NCBI GenBank assembly: GCA_030698625.1
Contig: JAUYMS010000017.1
Span: 12,962 to 76,961 of the forward strand
DNA: 64,000 nucleotides
Origin: Candidatus Omnitrophota bacterium
Lineage (GTDB): Bacteria; Omnitrophota; Omnitrophia; Omnitrophales; Aquincolibacteriaceae
Reading direction: 5' to 3'
The translations under genes and the position numbers were made by a program. The notes beneath the pieces were generated by a model that was not told the DNA's origin, did not search any database, and saw only the letters and a program-made list of their open reading frames with translations. Of this stretch, positions 53,201 to 62,200 are shown one piece after another. The number at the start of each line of letters is the position of its first letter. Position 1 is the first letter of the stretch.

Positions 53201-56200
53201 ATAAGCATGTCATCTACTACTTGCCGTGGGATATCGTGGAGTTCGGCAAAGACGCCTCCGTCGGACATCTGCTCCAGGAAATCTTTCGCTATCAGCATAC
53301 CTACGACGGGGAAATAGAAGAGGCCTATGACCATACCGCATTTCGTCTGCTCTTTAGCGTTGCCGAAAGCGCCCGTGTGGTGGCGCTCGGTTTGGCCGAG
53401 TTTCCGGAGCGCCTGATCGACATCGAGGCCTTTTATGAGCGGAAGCTCAGGATTTTGGACTTGGAAATAGAAAAGGACCGTATGGCCGAACAGCCGAAAT
53501 TTGTGCAATACGTCGAGGGGCTCTTTTATGCCCTGGCAAAATCCGGCGATCCGGAGAACCCCGAATGGGATCCGAGAATTGTGACGGACATTGTAAAGGA
53601 AGCTCTGAATGATACTTTTGCGGTGGTCGCCGAAGCCATGGCCGCCGAAGGGCCGACGGCGGGCCGTTATTTTTACGAAGTCATACGCGACCAGGTGTGG
53701 CCCGTCGTTGAAAGACTTCTCGAGCTGGACAAAAAGGAAGCGCTCGAGCAGGAACTCGAAAATCAGACCATGAGTCAGATGATCGAGAACGGAGATTTTG
53801 AAATCGTCGAAGCCCCGCCTTCGGAAGGGGAGCCGAGCCCGATGCCGTTACCCCCGGGCGCAAAACTGAAGATCAACATATCCCCGGGGTCCACAGCCGG
53901 TGCGATCGATATGAAAGATCTCAGTCCCGAGGCTCGAGCCGCACTTGAAGAGGCGATGAAGAAGTTTATGGAAAATATGGATGACGAGCAGAAGAAAAAA
54001 TTCGAGGAAGCGGCCCGCCAAGCCTTGGAAAATTCTCTGGAAGATGCCGTCGACGGCATGGCGCCCATTACTTCCGGCATGGACGGAGAATTGCCGGGGC
54101 AGGGCAAATTCAAGCCCGGCCGGGGATCTCCTCAAGTGCCCGGGCGCGGCGATGTGTCGACGGACGCCCTCGGCGAGCTCTATCAGGATCTCGAAGAGGC
54201 GGAGGATCAAGCCAATAGAATCAGTCAGCAAGCGGATGCGATCGAAGCCGAGGCGGCCAGAGTTATCCAAGAGGCGCTTGATGCGGCACGGCAGGCTGCG
54301 GAGATCGATCGAGAAGGGGAAGGCGATAAAGCAAAAGCCCTCGAGATGGAAAAGGCCCTCGCCGGCTTGGCGCAACAGCTTAAGAACCTGCGTGCTGAAG
54401 CGAACCGGTTTCACGATATGGCCGACGATGTGGAAGCAAAAATCGATGACGTTCGCGACGACCCGGATCTCGATCAGGATCAAGTCCAAGAAATACGTGA
54501 CCGCGTGGATGACCTCCAAGGAAAGGCCCTTGAGATTGACGATGATGCGGCCGGTGCCGACAAGGACGGTCAGCAGGCCGTCAAGAGCGGCGACGAGATG
54601 AAGGACATGATGGAACGCGATCCCGACCGAACCAACTTTATTAAAGGACGCGCCAAGAGAGTTCAAGAGACACTGGAGGACGCGAAAGGGCGCCTCGATG
54701 AGGTGCAGAAAGATGCTCAGGAAGCCGCAGCGCAATCCGGCGATCTGAAAGGCGAAACCCGCGCGATGCGCCAGGGAGTTGTTCAGAATGCCCCCATGGA
54801 AGTGGAGGAAAGTCCGGTGCCGGATATATCGGTGGATGACGGCCTAGAAGATGCCCCGGGTGAAGGGGGTGTCGGCGCAGGCGGCGGAGATCCGGGGGGA
54901 CACATCAAAATCAAGATGCCGAACAGGAGCCGGCCTGGTAAGAAAAGGAGACGTAAGCAAGCGCAAAAGAAGGGCCTACAACCCGAAAAGGTCAGAAAAC
55001 ACACGGTCGATCCGCGCGTCGCGGAATCACTCCGGGAACTTTTGCAGGACGAGGCCTTTCAGGCGCCTGAAAAGCCTTTTGACATTGACGACTTTTATAC
55101 CGCGACAGAGCCCGGAGATGTGAGCCCGGACCAACGCCACATCTATGACATGATTCGCAATCTCTCACGCTCACATGAAGCCACCATTAGGGACGCTATT
55201 CTCAGTGTCCTCGACGAGCTTGAGAGCACCGAAGATATCCCCCGTCAGAAAAAGGGGCGCCTCGACGGGCGCCGTCTTGCGGTGGTCGACAGCGGTATCA
55301 AGGACATCAATAAACGTAAAGTGACACCGGATGCTCCCGTAGTCCGCGTTTCAATTCTGATCGACGTGTCGGGGAGTATGTTTTCGGATGTCAATAACCT
55401 GCAGGTCATCCCGCCCGTTAGTGACGAGTATCTCGAGCAGGCCCTAAAGACAAAAAACAGAATCACGAATGCCGTTCGCACCGCACTCCTTTTCATGGAG
55501 GCATTTCGCAACGAAGAGCGCGTCGAGCTCGAGATCGGGCTCTTTGCGGCCAGGCAAAAAATCATCCTTCGTTTCGGCGAGGAGATCACGGATGCGAAGG
55601 CTTATGAAGTGATACGCACTATTTTAAATCACGGTTTGGGCGGTGATAATACCGATTTGGCAGGTCTTCAGATGATGGTTAACAGCCAGCGTGAACGGGA
55701 GGCCGAAATGGGGCCGGCCTCTAAGATCGTGGTCATTATCGCCGACGGCGGAATTAATTATACGGACGCCCTAGGCTTGCAGACCACGATGCAAAACAAT
55801 ACGGATATGGCATTTCTACCGCGCGGCATCGGCCCGGCATCGGCAAATGTTAAAGGGGCATACGCCCCTTTCGGTAAAGAAGTTGATGATGTGACAAAAC
55901 TGGCCAAAGGGCTTGGCGACGATGTGCTGAACGAGATTGAAAGGCTTCGGCCGACGGGCGGTGACGACCGGTCGGAATTAAGGGTGATGCATCCGGTGAT
56001 TGTGCGGCCCGAGAGGTTCGAGACAGACAATTTTAAAGTTGTGCGGGAAGGTAAAGACGAATTTCTGGTCGTCAAGGGAGGGCGATACCCGACTTTTAAG
56101 GCAAAAGTGGACAAGGGCGGCAGAAATGTGCCGGATGAGGATTTGTATGAGACTGAGACCAACGTCGCCGACGTCGTACAGATTATCAAGCATGTACGAA

Positions 56201-59200
56201 ACCAGGACCTGGATCGCAGTCCGCTTTATATCGAAGGTGAAGCAGGAACGGCGAAGAACAAGAAGGTCTACTATGCCGCAAAACTATTACGCAAAGCCAC
56301 GCGATACATGGCGATGCACGATGACATTCACGATGACGACCTGACGGAAAGACGCGGCGTGAATGAAAAGGAAGAAGGTAAGACCGACTGGATCCCTTCG
56401 CCGTTAGTCGAGGCGATGATGAACGGAGATTGGATTATTCTCGATGAGGTCAACAAGGCGAAGACAACGGTTCTTCAGAAACTGAACCAGATCATTCAAT
56501 CCCGCCGCGTGGTACTCCACGACGGAACAGTGGTGACGGCCAAGCCGGGATTTGCGGTCATCATGATGGCCAATCCGCCGCCGAGTTCCGGGGATGCAAA
56601 GGTTTACAGCGTACAAAAGATCTCAGCCGAGATCATGGACCGCCTCCGTTACATGAAGATCGACTACCTGCCGCGCCACGAAGAACTGCAGTTATTGTTC
56701 CATATCCTCATGAAGAAGCGCGGCTTAAAGACCGCAAGTTCGATCCCCAACGTAGACAAAGAAATGGTGCGGAAATTAGTGGACGCGGCGCGTATCATTC
56801 GCGAGAGATATGAGGATGTCGATCCGGCAACCAACTTGAGCCGCGGTCGGGGAAAAAAAGTGGCCCGTCCGTTTTCGACACGCGCATTGGTCAATATCGT
56901 CGAGCATATTGCGGCATATCCCGAAGAAAGAGACCGGATTCGTTCGGTCATCAAACGCTTTTATTCGTATGAGTGGGAAAAGGACGATCAGGTCAGAAAG
57001 GTCGAAGAGGCCTTGAACAACAAGCTGCCGCGTTTTGACGAGCCGTATGTGTTTTCCGACGGCGATTTGATGGGGCCGAAGTATTCGACAAACGCCGAGG
57101 GAAAGCGCGTGTTGGAATTTGCAGGCGTCCAGGTGGAACTCGGGGAACATGCGCCGCTCGGCATGGACGATGTCCCCCTTGAGATGCGCCTGACATGGAC
57201 TTCGAAAAACCTGGAGTATCTGCGCCACATGATGATGGACCTAAGGGCGGGCAATCACATGCTGTTTATCGGTGAGGCCGGCACGGGAAAAGACACGATC
57301 GCAGAATACGTGACTTACTTGACGCATGGCCCGGTGGTGGAAACCTTCGGGGTGACGAAGAATGCAATGGCCGAGGACTTTATCGCCTATGTCGGTTTGG
57401 GCGAGGGTGAGAAGGTCGCCAAAGACGGGTTGGTCCTTGCCGTGGGTAAAAATGAAACAGGTCTCGTGCCGTCGTATGTGGTGCGCGCCATGTTGGCCGG
57501 ACGGCCGGTGATCTTGAGTGAAATCAACAAAGGGAAACCGGAGGTATTCGCGGCACTCAATAATATTTTGGAATACGGGTGGATCGATCTGGCCAACGGC
57601 CGTCGTGTCCATGCCGAGCCCGGTTTTGTGATTATCGGTACGATGAATCCTCCGAAACGGCAGTACATGGGGAACTACGGGCTCTCGGGAGAATTTATCG
57701 ACCGGTTCTCGACCTATAAATTTGATTATCTGGAGAGGGATCAGGAAGTCGATATCCTGGAAGATTTTAATCAGTATATCAGGACGCTTCCGGACCGGAA
57801 TTTCTACCGGTTAAAACGGGAGTTCATCGAGAAAATTACCGATATGGTGCGGATCCTGCGCAGGAGATACGACGACAACGAACTGCCGCACCCGGTGTCG
57901 ATGCGTGCCCTCAAACGGCTGATCGTGACGTTTGCCGAGTATCCTGAAATCTATAAGGCCGAGAAGAAAGATACCGAAAAACAGACGCCGCTCGAGAAGG
58001 CGATCCTCAGCTCCATTTTCTTCCACGACCCGGTTCATCAGGAAGAGGTGTTGAAGGCGATGAGGGCTGCCAATGTGAAGGGGCTGCGCGACATTGTGGA
58101 GTTTGATGTCTCGACCGGTTCGCAGGTCCTGGATGCCGCTTTTCAGCAATTGCGCTCGAATCTCGGAAGCATCGACTCCATGATCCGCGCCCTGGCCGAG
58201 TTTGACCGGTTGATTGAAGACAATAAGGATAAAATCCCTCCGGCGATTTTCAAGAAGGCACAGCCGGCGTACCGCCATTTGGTGGCTAATGAATTTCCGC
58301 CGAAGTGGGGCGAAAGCCAGCTAGCCGACGCGGTGGTGGTGCATGTGCTCCAGCGCCTTGGCGGTGAATTAGCACTACCGGTACTGCCGCCAATTAACCG
58401 CGAAGTGCTGCGTACGGGGCCACTTGATCTCGCGGCGCATCCGGAATTCGGGGTGAGGTTTATCGGCGACATGGTGCAGGGTATTGCCGAAGTTACAGGT
58501 CAGAAGCAGGACGCCAGGTTCCTGAAGATCGCAGGTAAGGTGTTTTTGGGGTTGAGGAAGGGTTTTTCGGCCAAACAGATCGTGCGGGCCTTCGAACGTG
58601 ACGGCCTGAAACTTTACGGGACCGAGCGTACCGGGGATAGCAAGGGTGGGGAATACTTCGCGGCATTCTTCGGTTTGGCCAAGGATGTGCAGGATGCGGT
58701 GCGCAGCAATACGGCGATTACCGAGGTGGCCAATTACGAGGCACGCATTAAAGTGCTCGGGTTATCTCAGGACTGGGTGGATGTATTCGCCAAGCTGAGC
58801 CGTCCGGCGGTGAACCCGGTTTTGGCGAAGACCTGGCGCGATCAATTGATTACGGCCGTTGATCTCTCCAAACGCGACCGAATAGTCCGTCTTGCGATTC
58901 TCCTGACGCTTCAGATTCTCTTTAAGAATAGCGACCGCGTCTTTATGGATCAAGTGGTCCGTGAACGTATCAAGATTCTCTCGCGGTCCGAATTGCGGTC
59001 TGACGAAGACTCACAGCCCCAACAGCATCTTTCGATTTGGCCCGTTCAAGGGAAGCCGGCTCCGTCATCGGGCTTCGTTCCGGTAGACGAAATTGACGTC
59101 AAGCTGGTCCTATCGGCTGCCCTGAAGGAACTTCGCACTCAACATTTTGCTCTTTATCAAAACCTCTGGACGGAGATCAATGCCGAATGGGGTCCGAATT

Positions 59201-62200
59201 TTCTGTGGGTCGAAGGGCTGCCGGCGCCGGCCATGGTGTACGCACATGAACTGGACGGTGGCGATCGCGCGACGGTTTTTGCGCTTGATGTCGGCCTCAG
59301 AGGCTATCTTGAGAAGGCTTACTCGGAGAAAAACGAAAAGCGCAAAGAAGCGGCGACGGAATTCCTGCTTATGCTCTTAATCGGGGAAGCGGCTTCGCTT
59401 GAGGGACGTCCTATGAAGGAAACCCGCACGCCGGATTTAAAAAATGATTTACTCGCCGCGCTTACTGTTGCTAAGCACTTCTACAGTGTTCCGTCTCAGG
59501 CGCCAGTGCAGCAATCCGCTCTTTTTGCCGTGGTCAAAGAAGGAAACCGGTTTGTCTTTAAGCGAAGCGACGGACCCGCCATTGATTTGTCGCGGGGGCT
59601 CGAGGCGGTAAACGGGGTCCAGTTTACGGTCAACGAAGGCGGAGAGCCGCGGGTCCATTTTCACGGATCAGGCCAGGGCGTTTGGGGTCTCTATGACCAG
59701 TTTGGGAGAAAAGTCGGCCCCTTTGAACAGATCGTGCCGTGGCCTGTTGAATATCCGGTTTCTATGCGTGATGGGAAGGGCGGTATCCAAACCTATTTCT
59801 GGGTATTGCAGGATGGGCAATGGATTTTGTACAACCAGGACGGCGTCATCGGCGACGGCCTAAACGACTTAAAAAATACCTTTGCTCACGTTGAAAGGCC
59901 GAGACTCTATGAGAACGAGAACGGCGATCCGTATATCCTTTTTATAGGGCAACCGGCGGGGAGTAACTGGGGCCTCTATTCGGTAACGCAATCCGAAGGT
60001 CAGGGACCTGTGGTGACTCTTTTTCAAGGTGGTTTTGACAGCCGGCGCCATAGGGACTTTGATGAGAAGGAATCCGGTGTCGGTTATCCACAGCCACTTC
60101 GCCTGCCGGACGGCAGACGCAGTCTCGTCGTGCAGAACAATCTCCAACTGATCTATCGAGGGGCCGCTCTCGGTGAAGAGGCGATCTTTCACAATCGAAA
60201 AACCGTTAAAGCCGGCTTTGAAGAAACCGGGGAACCCCACCCTGCTGCGGATTCAAAAGGCAGGATTTACACCTTCTTCCGGGCTAAAGAAAAGAACCCC
60301 GCGGAACCCAATGAGAAAGGGTTATGGCGTATTTACAATAATGCGGTCCCTGTGTCGGCGCCGCTGGCTGAGATCGGCGAGCCGGAGCCCTTTTTTGACA
60401 AACAGGAAGGAGCGCATGCACTCTATAAAGGAAGGGCTGCCGGAGACGATGCGCCCTGGCACCTTTATCAAGACGGCATGCCCCTAACCAAAGCTTATGA
60501 AGAAATCGGCGATGTACGGGTCGTTGTGACTCCGGATAAAGAGGTGGCGATTATTTTTGCCGCGAGGACTTCGGAATCGTGGGGTGTCTATCAGCAGAGT
60601 CCCGGCGCGGAGCCCGGTACGGAGGTCCTTCATGAAGACGGTTTTAGCAATATCCGCCACTTGACCGTTGCCGTTGATGAGCGGGGCACCCGGCGTATCT
60701 ACTTCACCTCATTGAATGATACGACCTGGGCCGCTCATGTTGACTTTCGCGCTGTGTGGCATGGTCCCGAGGAACCCTCCGCGGCGCGGGTGATGCACAC
60801 CGATGACGGAAATGTGGATTTCTATTTTGAAGCGGCATATTCGGGGCACAGGGCCCTATTTAACGGAGACGGAGAGATCGCAAAATCATTCGGCACGCTG
60901 CTGGATGCCGTCGTGGCCTTTGAAGCCGTGAACTTTGGACGCGAGGAAGGTGCCGTCCAAAAACTGAAACCCGAAGAGCGGGGCAAAAGAAGGCGGGATT
61001 TGCTGGCGGCTCTTCTTAAAGAATTAGGCGAACGGCCCGCGGCAGCGCATATGACCCAGTTACTCCAGGTGTTACGCCGCTTCAGCGGCGAGTCTGTAAG
61101 CGGTGAGGCCGGCATCACGGCGCTCACCGACCATCTTTTCACTCAGCCGGCATATCAGAAAGCATACCAGCGTACCGGGCAGGATGTCATGGCGACTATT
61201 CAAGAGGTTGTCGCTGAGAACCGGAAACGCTCTGAACTCCGATCAGACGGCCCGAAGGAGCCGAAGATTGCGCCTGTCGACGAAATTAATATCGAAATGC
61301 TGCGAGGGGCGCTGGATGTATTGAAGGCCAAGAACCCTGATGTCTATGCCGATATCGACCGTGCCGTCTCTTCGCAGTACGGTAAAAGTTACTTATGGGT
61401 GCAGAACATTCCGGGCATTGCGGCCCTCTATACGGACACCCTGGATGACGGCGAAGTGTATTCTTCGCTCGGGATCAACGTCGCGTGGAGGGGACTCATC
61501 GAAGCGGTGTACGCGTCGTTGAAAGTAGACGCAATGAAGGACTTGGATTATTTCCTCTATCTCGTGCTGCTGCGCGAAGGCCGCAAGCTACGCGGCGGGG
61601 ATTTCAACGAGACGATTACACCGAATCCCGCTCTGGAATTGAGGGCGTTCCTCAGCGCCGCAGACGGGTACTTCACATTGGGTTCCGGAGCGACGGAAAG
61701 GCATATCGTCATGGCTCAGGTCCATGCGGAAAACGGAAAACACTTTATTCGTACGAGCGACGGTCAAACCCTTCAAGTTGAATACAACCTGCAATTGGAC
61801 GACATCAAAAATCTTATGATGGCGATCGATGATGTCGGGAATCCGCATCTTTTTTACACGGGCCAGCGTCCCGACGGAAAAATGAGCCTTTATGACAGCA
61901 ATGAGGCATTAGCCGAGGCATATGATGAGATCAAATTTGCGGCCGGCCCCATCGACCGAACGGGATTCGTACAGGCCTTTTATTTCGGCAAGAGGGACGG
62001 GAAGTGGGCCCTGTTCCGGAACAAAGAACATTTGATCTCGGGGCTTGAGGGTGTCGGGGCTGCACGCATTGCCCTCGATAAACGAGGGGATACGCATCTC
62101 TTTTTTACCGCATTGAAGGGCGGCGTTTGGCGGCTCTATCGTGATGGAGAGCTCTACTTCAAGGATGCCGAAGAGGAGCTCGCCGATACCGATGAGCCGG

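Noticed and set aside
2203-61242. RSELR-encoding sequence as a DNA-level repeat (REP-like element, recombination site or CRISPR-like spacing)
   Set aside because: The nucleotide sequences differ by synonymous codons (CGCTCCGAGCTGCGC, CGGTCTGAATTAAGA, CGATCGGAGCTGCGG and others). The flanks are unrelated, and spacing is irregular in nucleotides but regular with respect to protein domains. Conservation is at the peptide level.
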